From Azolla caroliniana (Eukaryota > Plantae > Polypodiophyta): a stretch of DNA of 50,445 bases. Both the position numbers and the translations under genes were made by a program. Below are positions 25,101 through 38,869 of the stretch, one piece after another. The stretch lies in assembly GCA_043228905.1 (NCBI GenBank), contig JBHGNT010000220.1, positions 1-50,445 on the forward strand, given 5' to 3'. Numbering within the stretch: position 1 is the stretch's first letter; the number at the start of each line of letters is the position of its first letter. The notes below the pieces were generated by a model that did not search any database, was not told where the DNA came from, and saw only the letters and a program-made list of their open reading frames with translations.

Positions 25101-28100
25101 GAGTCGAAGCTGCCAAAGAAGCTCAGCAAAAGGTGAAAGAGGCTCTAAAAAAGCATGTAACTGGAACATCAGTTTCCTTTTTGAAGGTTTCAGAGCCGGA
25201 TAATATGCCTTCCACCTTTGTACACAGTCCTTCGCCTCGAAGCAGTTCCCCACGAAACTCTCCTATGAATATTCAGACAATGGGCTACACCCAAGATTCT
25301 GTTGAGTTATCTCATACTCCTAAACATACAATTGCAAGCATGGTTGAAACTCCTGGAATTTCTGGTGAGGAAGTGAGGGCCAGCCCTAGTCAAAATTTAA
25401 GCTTGGGTGACACGAATGCCGGTGGTGACACTGAAATGACAGTTGCTCGAGATACTTTTGAAGGGATGCTGGAGACATTGTCGCGCACTAAAGAGAGTAT
25501 TGCTCGAGCTACTCGTCATGCTCTTGACTGTGCGAAATTTGGTATTGCTGAGCAGGTATTGCTGGTGGTTGATCTTGTTTTGTAATTTGTTCTTAATTTT
25601 TATTTGATAATATATGCCATAAAACTTTTAATTTAAGAGATTAAAAAGCATGCTGAAAATACTGGGCACTCATATTTCCACTGTAGATGACCCAGGAAAT
25701 TAGTTTAAAACCACCTGTGCTTGCAAATCGTGACATGCTTATTGTTCAGGAATTTAACTTGCTTTTGCTTATCCCTTCATCATTTGTTTGGCCATCTTTT
25801 TCCTTCGATGTGCGTTATTGTTTAGGATTTCTAGTTCATATTTGGATTCTATTTGTGAGTTCATTATGAATTAGGAATTTTTTACTTATATTTCCAACAT
25901 TACTATTATTTTCTTTCTGCTTGGTATATTTATATTAACACCACTATATGAAATGCTATTTGATATAAGAACCACCTACTTTTGCATAACTACAAGATTG
26001 TAATAGAATTCCATAGAAGCTGACATTACACATTATTTTATGTGCATTATGCAAACAAGGTAATTGGTATTTTCATGTATAATCGTGCTTTGATACCCAG
26101 GTTGTAAATAAGCACTTCAGTTGTGTATGTGCAACTGGTTGATTTGATATATTTTCTTGCAACTTCCATTATTTTTTTCTTGTAAAAGTAGTTCATATAA
26201 GGTTTTGCCAAGTTGAACTCATTAGTTTAAAGTTCTCGTCACCTGTATTGTGTTGGTTAAATGTATTGGTTGTGCTAGAGGCTTCTGATGCTTGTATTAT
26301 TATCATTACTATCATGTTTTGTTATGTTTCATTATTTTTCCCATTGCCATATCTCCAGTATATTCTATTTGGAAAACTTTTTGAAAAATATAAGATCTAT
26401 TTTCAAACTACGGTAAAATATTCCTTCAGAAGTTTCTGTTTGATTTCTTCTTTTTTCTAATTAGGAGCTTCATTTAGTTTCAATGATTTTGGTTTCATCA
26501 TGTCAGAATATAAGATTTTGGGTATTTGAACTTGTGCATGGTTAGATAAGCATCGTTTTACATATTTATTCTAGTGGTGTGGAAGCTGGATACAGGTTCT
26601 CCCAAAAAACTGAAGACAAATGTTTTCAGCTATTGTTTGCCAAATAAGTTTGCATCCAGTTGCAGTTTGGAACTAGATCCATACATTCTAATAGTTTGGC
26701 ATGTTTAAAACTGTTTTTAAGGCATCAAACATGTCTGTGTTCACTATAATGGCAACTATATAGTTAAAAAGTAGATGATTATTTTACGCTGTATTGTATG
26801 CAAATTATTCCCCTGCAAAAGTTATCTACAACACATCAAAATTATTCCATGTGTTTAGTGTGCATATTGAATGTCTTAATGTATTAACTCTTCTTATCTG
26901 TACATTATTGTAATCCTCATGTTTGCAATGAACTTGCAGGTATTGGAAATCATTTTGCAAAGGCTAGAGAACGAGGGAAGCTTTCATCGCCGGATTGATT
27001 TATTCTTTCTTGTGGATTCAATTACCCAGCTCTCTGCCAGTACACCAGGTATACCTTCCCCCATGTGGCTCCATTACTTTGAACTGAGACCTTTTCCTGC
27101 TCACATTTCCTTTTACAAATGTGGTCTATGGTTGTGTAGGTGTTGCAGGAGCAGTATACCGTCCAGCTGTACAGGCTGCTCTCCCACGATTAATACACGC
27201 AGCTGCACCACCTGGAAGTGTGGCTCGGGAAAATCGTCGACAATGCTTGAGGGTAAGCGTAGTACTGCTTTGTAACTTTAGAAGCATGTGAGGCGTTTGC
27301 CCTGAACTTGATTAAGCTCATTAATTTTAGAGAAAATGAAAGACCATACATAATATGATGTTAACTTTAACTCTACAATATGTATTATCGTAACCTTGAG
27401 GAAAATCATGGGAGTATTGTTGGTACTTTACTTGAATTTATATTATTAATATATATAAGCGATAAATTCTGTGCTCTGGTATATATTTTATGACCTTTGC
27501 TATTGCCTGCTAATCAGTGGGCAGGCTAATCTCACCTTCTCATGAGTTTAATATTTGTGACCATGGTCATTGATCATTTGCAGTTAAAAAATTAAAATTT
27601 AGTTATTGGTCACATGCATTTCAAAAATTAAATTTGCATATTTGTGAGCATCAGACATATTTATGCGTCAACATCAAACTTATCTATCTATACATACACA
27701 TGGTAGAAATATGTTTGATGCCTTGTACATGCTTGTGTGCATGATATGCTCAATTGCATGTGCACATATTTGGTATTTCATGCCTATGCATCCATGTATA
27801 GCAAACCCTTAAATGTATCATAGATGTCATATATTTATGTGCATGCTACTTTATATATATAATTCATTATATGAATAAAATATAAGCAATAAGTAATCAC
27901 TCTTTCACTGGGCACAGGTTCTAAAACTCTGGAGATCTCGGATGATTATGCCTGAGTCTGTCTTGAGAGACTTTGTGAACGAGCTTGAGTCTCACAATGA
28001 TGATAAAATGATAGGTGCCTCTCTTCGGAGACCTGCTCGTTTTGAACGTGCTGTGGATGATCCAATTAGGGAAATGGAAGGGATGTATGTAGATGAATAT

Positions 28101-29657
28101 GGAAGGTGAGAAATAAGCTTTTACAGTTTGAAATCAATTTTACTTTGAGTGGACGCTGTTGGAAATGCTGATTTTTAACCACATCTATTTTTCAGCAATG
28201 CGACATTTGGTCTGCCGGGACTGCTCTCATCTCGGATGTTTGATGATGAAGAAGAATCCCCTAGCCAGGTGAAGCCAGGTGAAGATGTCTTAGAGTCTGC
28301 TGCAGGTGCAACAGAAGAGGTCATTGATCCACATTCCCTACCAGCTGAGAAGCACAGACACATACTAGAGGACGTAGAAGGAGAACTGGAGATGGAGGAT
28401 GCTTCTCCAGACAGAAACATTGAAGATAGCATTATGGCACAAGAATATCAGTCTATTTCTGCCTTAGAAGATACATCACCACCTCCACCACCACCTCCTG
28501 ATAGTCCGCCACCATCACCTCCACCATTGCCAGAATCTCCACCACCTATGCCACCATCTCCTCCACCACCGCCACTATCTCCACCACCACCACCACCACC
28601 ACCTGGATCTCCCCCTCCAGGTGCTTTTCTAGCATCATCATATGTATTTGCATATGGATCTTCATCGTTTGCAAGCTCAAATACTTCAAACCATTCACCA
28701 GATGTGAGACAACCTGGAATAAGTTCAGGATACGTTGCCTGCAGAGAACAGCAAGCTGGTGTGCCTATGGTACAGAAACATAGCGTGCATGGAACCACTG
28801 CTGATGAGAACGTTTATGAACACCATTATGCACAGTATTATTCTGTGCAAAGTCCTTCTCGAAACAATGCTCAAGCTATGAATAGGGAATCTGCATATGG
28901 TTCTCCCAAAAACTTCATTGTAACACATGTATCTCAACCATTTAATGCACATACCAGTCACATGGCTCAAGGACACATTCAACGTGGATCTCTGAGCTCT
29001 CAGACACAATATTCCCGTCTTCCGTCTCCCCCACCATTACCACCAAGATCCATTCCTTACGGAAGTTCAAAGGCGTTATTACACCAATCTTCCTCACCTT
29101 CTTTTCAGAGAGATTCAGGCTATGTGCATGGAAATGTTTGTGAAAGGGAACATCGCCATGATAGGTTTGGGGAGGAAAACTATTTGTCTATGACCACAGG
29201 TATTTGGTAATTAAAAACTGAAAGCAAAAACTGAAAATGCTGAATTTACTCTGAAGATCTTTTGATGTGCAGGCCGTCAATTTTCCACTGAGGAGGAGTT
29301 AAGCCATAGTTGGATGTACTCATCTCATGAATCAAGGTCAAGACTGGGCTATAATTGTCCTACAAATGCACAGTCTCAGGAAAGTTCATCCCAACCAGCT
29401 CTAGGAGTTCCCATCACCTTAACATCAAATGATATGCCAAATGCCTTGTATACTGGTCATGGAGCAGGGATACATGGTGGATTGATGCTTGGTGTGTCAT
29501 GCATGCACTTTGATACTGTGATGTTAATCTTTCCATTTCATATATTTTCCATATTGGCAGTGTCTTATCTGAAGACTTTATGTATACAGCAAATCCGAGT
29601 AAGGTCCAGGTTGTGGCAAGACACAGGAATTCAACATCAAAGTGGAGGCCGAATTAG
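22133..29657 (+). CDS. HUA2: HUA2/HULK-like nuclear protein (PWWP domain, disordered linker, CID/RPR domain, proline-rich tail), ~1535 aa. Exons 22133-22252, 22437-22513, 22597-23584, 23742-25009, 25102-25555, 26940-27048, 27140-27252, 27918-28105, 28196-29199, 29273-29491, 29590-29657.
   Basis: PWWP (LVLAKVKGHPWWPAK...VYFFGTQQIGFVQPADV), DGEAALPPSKRRQRALEAMS, CID (FEGMLETLSRTKESIARATRHALDCAKFG...RRIDLFFLVDSITQ), DDPIREMEGMYVDEYGSN, HRHILEDVEGELEMEDASP, poly-Pro tracts and a terminal WRPN*. Exon total of 4608 nt keeps frame. Confidence 0.92.
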
Positions 29658-32410
29658 AATGAAGTGGAATTTCTGGAAATATGCAGTGGCTGGAGCCGAC
29701 TATTATACCACTCTCATGGCATGATTCATCCTTTGTGAACTTTTACAGTACCTTCAAACACACGTTTCTTCTTTAGATGTAGCACGATGGCAAGGAGAAT
29801 CCAATATGATGATCCTTCCTTGAATGCCAGGTATTCTTTTGATGAGCAGATGGATACTATATTAGTTAAGAGGGCTTGCTACTTTGAGAGAGATGTACAT
29901 ATGTATCTTTTGTCTAAATTGCGGATGTATACAATTAATCAGTCATGCTCATTTGAGCTGAGTGATACACTACCAAAGAGTATTCAGATTCCTAGGCATG
30001 CATCTCTCTTTCACCCTCATGACCACGGTGTCAAATGCCATTTGTCTATAGCTACAAATTTTTAATTTATGAACATGCCTAAGAAGAAAGGTAGGTATGT
30101 TTTAATGAGCTTTCATAGAGAAGTTTTGTTTATTGTAGGATCTTGAGTTGTTACCGTACTGCTAAATTATAATGTGCTTGGAAATTTCACGGCATATATG
30201 TAAGTATACAATTTCGATGAAAGCTCATATATTCCCACCAGAAATGCTGCTGGTGACTTTAATTAAATGAAGTTCGTTGATTCAAATGCTCACTATACCT
30301 TGAGTTTCTGATTTTCACTGTGCACTTTTTTGGGGTATAGTTTAACTTGAGGGTTGCAGCTGTGTCCATTCAATAGAAATTATTAATTTCTTTAAACGCG
30401 GCCTGATAAAACAGAACACTCAATTAAGACTGCACCAATAAAATTGGATTGGAGTCATCTAAACATTTTTTACAGCAACAAGGTTGATATTCAAAGAATA
30501 TTCTTTATGCAGATGTGCCTCCTGTACCTCCAGTGAAAGTTTCTTTTGCTAGTAAGTAGTTATTATGTGCTCGGAAATTCATGTTTACATCTAAATCTCA
30601 CTTATTTTGAGTTTAGAATGTTTTAATAAAATAGACCATATAATTATTCATCATTGCATTTAAGCTAATATTTCAAAACAGCTACTTGATCTATGGAGTG
30701 TTTCGGAATTAGTTAAGATTCAGCTTCCTCCAAACATCTTGAGCAATAATGTTTTGTGGATTTTATCTGAAACAATTTCTACAATGGTTACGAATCTAGA
30801 ATATCCATGGAGTTGTGAATCTTCCACAATCATAGCTGTGTAATAACAAAAGCGCATCAAATGGTGATCCTGCTATGTAGCATTTGTAGATGTTAAACAT
30901 ATAAGGTTCTGGGAATATCTTTCTAATTTTATTACATCTTGCTGTGAGAAAATTTGAATGCTCCTCGAGTATCAATTCAAGTTTTAATCTGTGTTCAGGC
31001 AAAGTTTTTCCCTGATCCTGGACAAAGTGTGGAGTAAATAGCTGTTTCCTGATGTTAGCAGACAGCTTTTACCAAAGCGTTGTTCATTCGATGACAACTC
31101 ATGTCTTCTAGACTTTGGTTTATTGTGCTAGTAGTACCGTTAATGAAATAATTATTATTAAGTTTAATTCTTATGTTGAAAGGCAAATTTAGTTATGCAA
31201 ATCCTGTTTATGCAAATTCTTATGCTTTTTCATGCATGTTAAGGTCATTGACAAATCCTGTTTAAGGGTCTTTGATTTTGGTTAAAATGGGACGTAGCTC
31301 TTTGAATTGTAAAATATTGATGATGACTTGCAATGTGTCATGGTTTGCGAGTGTTGCTACGTGATCCTAGCTAATTTTCAAATTTGTTGTCTAGGCAGTT
31401 GTTGTCATTCTTTAGTTAACGTAATGATTCATGAACATAAACGTTTTCCTCGATGGGCAGTCTCCTTATATTAAGCCATTGTATTAAATTTAATTTCATT
31501 TGGTCTCAATAATTTAATGGATATGTGTACTTATGATGGCTTGTTATGAGACTATAAGAACCAAACTAATACAAATTTAGTCTGTCATATATATGAGATT
31601 ATTAGGTACGTGGCATTGTGTTAACCTTCTGAAAACCAAGACTATGGTGTTATAATAATATATCAACTAAACGGTTAGATGACACAAATAGGTGAAGGTA
31701 GTGGAGCTTTTTAGATTATTGTCACTAAACCCTGAACTTTGGGAGAGATTGAAAGGATGGATTGTGTGATGCAATGTGAAGTTCAAAATTAGGATCCTAG
31801 CTTTGATAACCATGATAGATATTGGAGACAAATGGAGAGGTTTGATGCCCCATGTAGTCATGAAATCCTCGTTAATGATTAGGGACAAAGATGATAAGAC
31901 TATCTCCTACACACATTGTGGAGGGTGTGTTTATATTACCACCCATCTACATGGTTACTCATCTTTCTCATGGGAATAACCACTCATTTTGGAGGATGCC
32001 ACATAGGGACTCCTTAGCATATTAGATATAGATTGAAAGAAAAAGGAACATTACATTTACGAGTGCTCAACTTGTGACAATTTAAGAGAGGATTTGGATG
32101 CGATGTGCCAATCAGCAAGGCACGAACTACATATTAAGGATCCAATGTTTTTCTTTTTGTAATGCCAGGAACTATTAAGGATCCGATTCGGTAATGAGAG
32201 TACTAAATTGAAGGCTAAAAGATGATGAAGAAGAATGCATTAAAATCCAAGCATTGCTATTTTGTTTTGAGGGGCAAATTTGATAATTTGAACGTCTGAT
32301 TGAGAAGGGTATTCCTGATATTTTGGAAATGTTTATATCATCATCATCAATCTACCATTCCTTTGATGCCTGGGAAACTGAAGCTTTCAATAAACACTCA
32401 GTTCACAGCT

Positions 32411-35400
32411 ATGGCTCTTCTCGTGCTCATGGGAAGCTCCTCGCTGCTTTCAGCCTCCATCTCTGGAACAACCTCCTCCTCGTCCTATTCCTCATCCTCA
32501 TTAGGTTTTCTAACTAGAAGAATAAGAAAAAGAGATACCTCTGCTGTGGACCGGACACAATATTCCAACAAGGTTCAGATTTTTTGTGCTGCTGATCTTC
32601 CAGCTGAGAAGGATCAGAAGAATGACAAAGAGATGTTTGACGTGAGCAGCAATTGTATTCAGCCAGTCTTCCGATCCATTCTTCCTAGTCATATTCAGGT
32701 TAGTTTTCTTTCCATTCATTCATTCACTCGTTACCACGTCCTTCTTTTCTTCTTCCTCTTCTTCATTTGCTTCTTCTATTTGTCTTTTTGCTAACTTTTC
32801 TTCGTTGTGGGTGGGTTATTCTGATTTTTTTCCTTCTTGTTGGGTCTTTTTTATTTTATTTCGCCTGTTCTATTCTTCTCATCTTTCTTCTTTTTTATTG
32901 GACTATTCTGATCCTTCTGTTGTTAAGTTCTTCGTGTAAGATTTTTCCATTGTACACATTATCATTAATATAAGAACTCAGGTCTCACAACATTTTTCTG
33001 CTTATATTCTGAACAGAATGAACAATCTGAAAATACCTTGAAGGTACTTTTCTTAAGCGAGGGCAATGTGTGTCGATCAGTGATCGCAGAAGCCATGCTT
33101 ACATCTCTCATCAGAGAGAGAAATCTACAAGATGTGATTCAATGTAGTTCAAAGGTTAGAACTGCTAATGCCTGCGTATATTATTGATCTCAGAAAGAAG
33201 TCGATGTAGCAGTATGAAATCGAGTTATTGACTTGGTTTTTAATTTTAGTCTTATGGAGCACTGGATTAGGGATGTGAAAAAAAAACATGGATAAAGAAT
33301 GGGAAATTTTCTCTTTTCACCTGCAAATGAGAGGGTTTTTACTGTTTACCTCAAAAAAATCAAAGTTCTTTAGATATCTATGAGGCTAGAGAATAACTCA
33401 CATGGTTGGCAGGTTTAAATTGCTATGACGTTATCATAGTTTATACACCTAAGGTTCTTGAGAAAACGAAGGCTAAAAGAGGGACATACACATAAAGTCT
33501 TTGCTTCATTTCATGTGAATTCCTAATTTTTCTTAAACAGGGAACAAGAGATTATAATGCAGGGGAGAGCCCAAGTGGCAGTGTCTTGGAGGTTGCTGAA
33601 GATCTTGGTTTGGATATAAAACATCACACTGCAAAGGTTTTCGATTGTGCTAAAGATGTCGTGGAGTATGATTTGCTGCTAGTAATGGATAAGGTATTTT
33701 GTTTAACACGTCCTCTTTAGCCTTTTCCCTCTGGGTGGTAAATGTGTAAAGATGTGCCATTTCTAGTTGATGTATTTTGGGAAATTTCAACTAATATTTG
33801 TGAAACTATTTAAAATCAACAATTCTTTGCAATCTTTCAAAATGGCTAAGACTTATCCCTGCATCCTTTTATGGATGTCTTAGATTTGTTTATGGGATTG
33901 GAATGCTCCAATGGTATTTTGCGCGAGGATGGCATAATGTGCTTGACTATCAAATTGCTATGCAGTTCATGTGGTTATCAGTCAATGTGATATCTTGTCT
34001 GGGAACCAAGGCACTCATGTAGAAACAATATACTGGTCATATAATGTTGAAGTCTATAAATAAAAGTAAATTATTAAGGAAAATTTCAATGTGTTTAGTA
34101 GAAAGAAATCCGTTGAAACATTATCACACTCTCTATAGATCTTAACAAATAATGGAAAGGAAAATTCAACATATGTAATTGGGATGATTGAGAAGAATGG
34201 CGCATATAAAATGGAAGATATGTAAATAATATATATAGGCAGTATATAGTATATCATTGAGTAAAAGTTCACCCAAAAAAGGTTAGATTTTACAAGAAAA
34301 AATACATTTCACACTAGCCATTTCTCTTGATCCTGTTAAAATGCTGATGGTGATTGGATTTCACTTCCCAGGGTTCATTTATTTTGTTAAGAAGGATGTT
34401 TAATAATTTAATAAAATTCAGACAGAAGATTTTTTAAATTTCCAAACTAGATTGTTTCTATAATGTTTCAAAATTATTAAGAATAAGTACCATAGAATCA
34501 AGAATTCATTGGTAAATATTCCTCGCTAGTTAACTTTTCCAGAACATACTGGAGAGACGTATGGTGCAGGCAAGCTGAGAGATACTGACAGAGTTTGTGC
34601 AGGTTTTAACACCAAAGCTTTCATATGTTTAGTTCACAGCATCTGATGCATTAAAGGATGTCACTATCTTTGAGGCAATCGATAAAGACAGCTATTATTC
34701 ATGGAAAGTTCGAAGATTGGGAGACTTTTGCTCACACCGGAAGGTATAACTATATTATAAAAACTCGGCTTGATTGATTGATTTGTACCAGTTCCCTAGC
34801 CTGATCTAAAATTCAAATGTGCTTGAACTGAAATGTTTCTTAGTACCAGTTATAGTACAGCTACTGTGCTTGAACTGAATGTGAAACATCTCATTCGACT
34901 GCTTGTTTTTTGGGCTTTGTTTGAGATTCTTTTCACCTAGCTTAGTGATGTATTGTATCTTCAATTCATGCAATCTAAAATCTGCTTTTCCTTAGGTAGA
35001 GGACATCGATGATCCCTTGTATGGAAATATTGGTGGTGCAGAGGAAATGGTGACTATGTTTTTCATCCTATTGTATTTGAAAATCCTAGTTACTGCATTG
35101 TTTCTTTTACATGTTATTTTACATAGACATACGCTAATAGTCATTCTTTTTTATAGGAGGAATTGTATAGAGTTTCTTTAGACATCCAGGATAGTTGCGA
35201 GGGTTTAATGACATTTTTGACAGAGATTCATTCAAATGTAAAAGGTAACGAATGTGTGGCGTTTCTCACAATGCTTAGCTTAGTTATTTCATAGCGTGTG
35301 AGTCACATTCAATGTTTTTTTCAGAACCAGAAAATCTGAAACAAGCCTTCGCGCGAAAAATGGGACGAATGGCTCCTATGGAGTGGGTAAAACCTCCGTT

Positions 35401-35416
35401 GTTGCAAAATTCTTAA
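32411..35416 (+). CDS. Low-molecular-weight protein tyrosine phosphatase (LMWPc)-fold protein with catalytic Cys replaced by Ser, probably plastid-targeted, ~307 aa. Exons 32411-32698, 33017-33154, 33541-33693, 34633-34743, 34996-35049, 35157-35244, 35325-35416.
   Basis: KVLFLSEGNVCRSVIAEA (P-loop position), SKGTRDYNAGESP, YDLLLVMDK and EDIDDPLYG follow LMWPc motif order. N-terminus is Ser-rich like a transit peptide. Exon total of 924 nt keeps frame. Confidence 0.87.
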
Positions 35417-35495
35417 GAGGCTCAGAGGTTGAATCACTTAAATCTATAAAAGATGTCCCCTTGGATATGATTTAAAGAGCCTTGAGTATCCTCAT

Positions 35496-35692
35496 GTATT
35501 AATAAATGGTGTGTGAAGGAGAAGGCACATCGAAAATGATTTCACGTATTAATTAGTGATGCGTGAAGGAGAAGGCACACCATAAATGATTTCAGGTATT
35601 AATTAATGGTGCGTGAATGAGAAGGCACATCATAAGGAGTTCAGGTATTAATTAATGGTGTCTGAAGGAGAAAACACATCATAAATGATTTA
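35496..35692. repeat. Minisatellite, 4 x ~50 bp, just downstream of the LMWPc-like stop codon
   Basis: Consensus GTATTAATTAATGGTGCGTGAAGGAGAAGGCACATCATAAATGATTTCAG; copies start at 35496, 35546, 35596 and 35645. Confidence 0.92.
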
Positions 35693-36521
35693 TTGGGAGG
35701 GAAATATTATTTTTGTAGATGTAATTCACACTTGGAGGTTTGAGTTCTCATTTCTAGCTGGATTGAAATTTTTGGATTCATCATATCTGGTGTGTATTTA
35801 TAACACCTATAATTGAATAATTCTAGCTAGTCATTTCCGGTTTTGCTTCCTTAGTAAAAGCTTATGGTGAGATCATTATGGATATGTTTTCTTTGAAATT
35901 TCCAGTCTATCAAAAAGTTCATACCACTTTTTCCCTTGGAGCTGATATAGTGCATTTGATTGCGGCAATTCATAATTTCTTGATAAACAAGCATTTCAGA
36001 CTTCATATATTTTCACAGCTCATGCAGTTACAAGCTTAAACAATGGTGCGTACAATCACTGTGCCTAAACATGGCTTAACAAATACATGTTTGCATTTTC
36101 TTACATTAGGAGCAAAAACTATATTGCTTTGTCCAGATGAATGTCAATAATGGTAAAGTTGGGTGTATTAAAATCAACCCCCCCCACTGACAATGACGAT
36201 TGGAACATATACAACACTGAATAAGTCAATCATCTCCTACACCCAATCACATGCTTAACAACCAAGAAACCAGCCAACAATGTTTCATTCCTCAAAATTT
36301 CTAATTAATCCCTTCACTCAGTAAGTATCTACATTTTAAGAGAGAAATTGTGCTTTATCATGATCACTTGATTAGAGATGTGTCAAATGGGCATTAATTT
36401 GGCCAGTTCTTCTGCCATGGATTATAGTGTATGATGCTTCCATATATTCTAAGTTTTATTCTGTTAATTAATGACAAATTTGAACCTTGATGACATGACC
36501 ATCCATAAGACTGTAATGTCA

Positions 36522-38869
36522 TCATGGTAATCTCTTCCTCAAATTTGAACCTCGACGACGTGACCATCCATAGAATTGATACAGCAACAAGAAAACCAAA
36601 CCCATCTCCATAACCATCAATATCTTCAAGTCTGTAGCAAGGATCCACAAACCAATGCATTTGAATGGCTTTATCTTGAATTTTTACAAACTTACAAACA
36701 CAATAAAGTACTTTTGAAGTAGTTAAAGAAACACATTATCTTATCATGGACTTTGTTAACTGACCTCTAAGTTTATGAACTGCATTCTTAAATGATCTCC
36801 TTTCTGGTTTCCATGAACCAAGTTTGAGCTTATCACTCTGCAATAGTATCGGTACTATCTCTTTTACAGCTTTATTTCTGGCACCATCATCATCATCATC
36901 ATCATCCTTAGGACAGCTAAGCACACAGTTTATCTCCCTCTCATATTCATCACTTCCATCACAGCAATCTGTTATAATCAGTCATAAACAGTTATGGTTT
37001 GGAAACATTTCTAGAATTTTCCCAATGGTTTTATGATGCCAAGAAGCTTGAAATTTTAATGACTGGCCACTGAAAGGGTTGTTACAGCTGGCATGTTTCG
37101 CCATGATGCTGTAATTTAATGACCAACCAATCTAGTCTTTCTGTGAAGTTCATAAGCAAAATATGTTGCAGGATGTCTGCCTCTAGACAGTCATGAAATT
37201 AACTGCCTATCAAAATTGGGGGACATCCAAAGATTTCGCCTTTTAGAATATTCTATTAGCCCTTCAACCAAAGCTTGTAAAACATGACAAAAAGTTATGT
37301 GTATGTAAATATATCATCATAACATTTCACTAAACTTTATCCTAGGGATGAAATGTGTCAGAGGACTAGGTTGAAACAAGGGCTCTAGGAGGTTGAAATA
37401 TCTCAGATATGAAACATTTTACCCTGAAATCACTACAACCACCATGCTAAGATGACATTACCAAATTTGGCGATCTTATGATGTCTTCTTTCTTTTTCAA
37501 GCTACCATCTCATACCCAACTTCACCATCTTAATGATGTCTTCATGCAGCTTCAATAGATGATACCTTTAATAATGATGCTTTCCAAAATAATGTATTTC
37601 ATTTGACAATACACAAAATGCAAGACTTACCACAAATCCCATCATTTACTCTTGATGAAAAAATCCACAATGGCGAGTGATTTTGGTTCTTGCAGTGGAA
37701 TCTCCCATTTGGGCAGGCTGATGTTCCTGATACAAGGATCATAAGTGTTATAGATCACAGGCTTCTCATATGCCATGTACATATTCATGACGATGTATTA
37801 TCTACTTAAATGCTTCTCCACATTTGGATAGTGTATGTTTCCTGAAGCAAAAGTCTTAAGGTGTTATAGCCCACACTACTCACATACTCTTTTTAACAAT
37901 ACAGCATACTTCTGACACATGCACAAACGTATAAAGATGAATACTTGCCGATTTTTTCTTCACCAAATCTTCAATAATTGAATCATATGCTTATGTAACT
38001 CATTTACATGTATGCCATTAAGACATGAACACTCAGTTGAATTGCGAGTCTAATGTACTATCTATTCAAATGTTATGCAAAGACGATGCTAATTGATTAA
38101 TCTGCTCAATCAAGACAGTTAACAGTCGTGTTTTTTGTGTGCATGCTTCCACATACATACAGAAAGATGCAATGCCTACTATCTACCGAAATTTACTGCA
38201 AAGACGATGCTACATGCATCTACTGATCCACAGGCTAGGGATTCAAGGGACAATATTGTTTCTCCCGTAAACAGTACACACATACAGACATATACATAAA
38301 CATAAATTGTCTACTCTGATGGAAAGAATATGCTACCTAATTTATCTGTATTTCATCATTGAGAGAATCACAGAAAGGCATGTTTTATCACACACATACA
38401 TCTACGGATGAGTACATACACATATGCAATGCACACATACACACAGGGTACATACATGCACATATTCCTGCAGTATTATCGAAATGTTTCTACAAAGATT
38501 GCATTTGTTACCTGGTTCATCTGTTCCATCAAAGCAATCACAGAAATCGTCATTCAAACGATCTACGTGGAAGCTCCCAAACCCATCTTTACATGAAATA
38601 ACAGAGCCACTTCTGTAGTAATCAGCATCTGCAAATCAAAGAAAAAGAAAGGAAAGGGCACAGATAAGAGCAGCCAGAGAGAGAGAGAGAGAGAGAGAGA
38701 GAAGGGAACAGGGCACGACAATCGTAGCAAAATGGTAATAATAAAAGGTGTCATCACCTTGAGGAGAGACTCCGAGCAGATTGATGGAGGCTGATACAGT
38801 GCTGTCTGTGAGAGCGATGGGCAGGGAGAGCAGGACGCAGAAGAAGAACAGGGGACTGAGCATAGCCAT
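36522..38869 (-). CDS. Short glucosidase II beta subunit-like (PRKCSH-like N-terminal domain) protein with signal peptide and C-terminal hydrophobic anchor, ~212 aa. Exons 38869-38758, 38628-38512, 37726-37631, 36968-36765, 36631-36522.
   Basis: Signal peptide [72 protein letters not shown], then [22 protein letters not shown] followed by [13 protein letters not shown]. Exon total of 639 nt keeps frame. Confidence 0.88.

Noticed and set aside
28448-28798. Gly-rich minus-strand ORF
   Set aside because: Antisense shadow of the poly-Pro coding exon of the HUA2-like gene.
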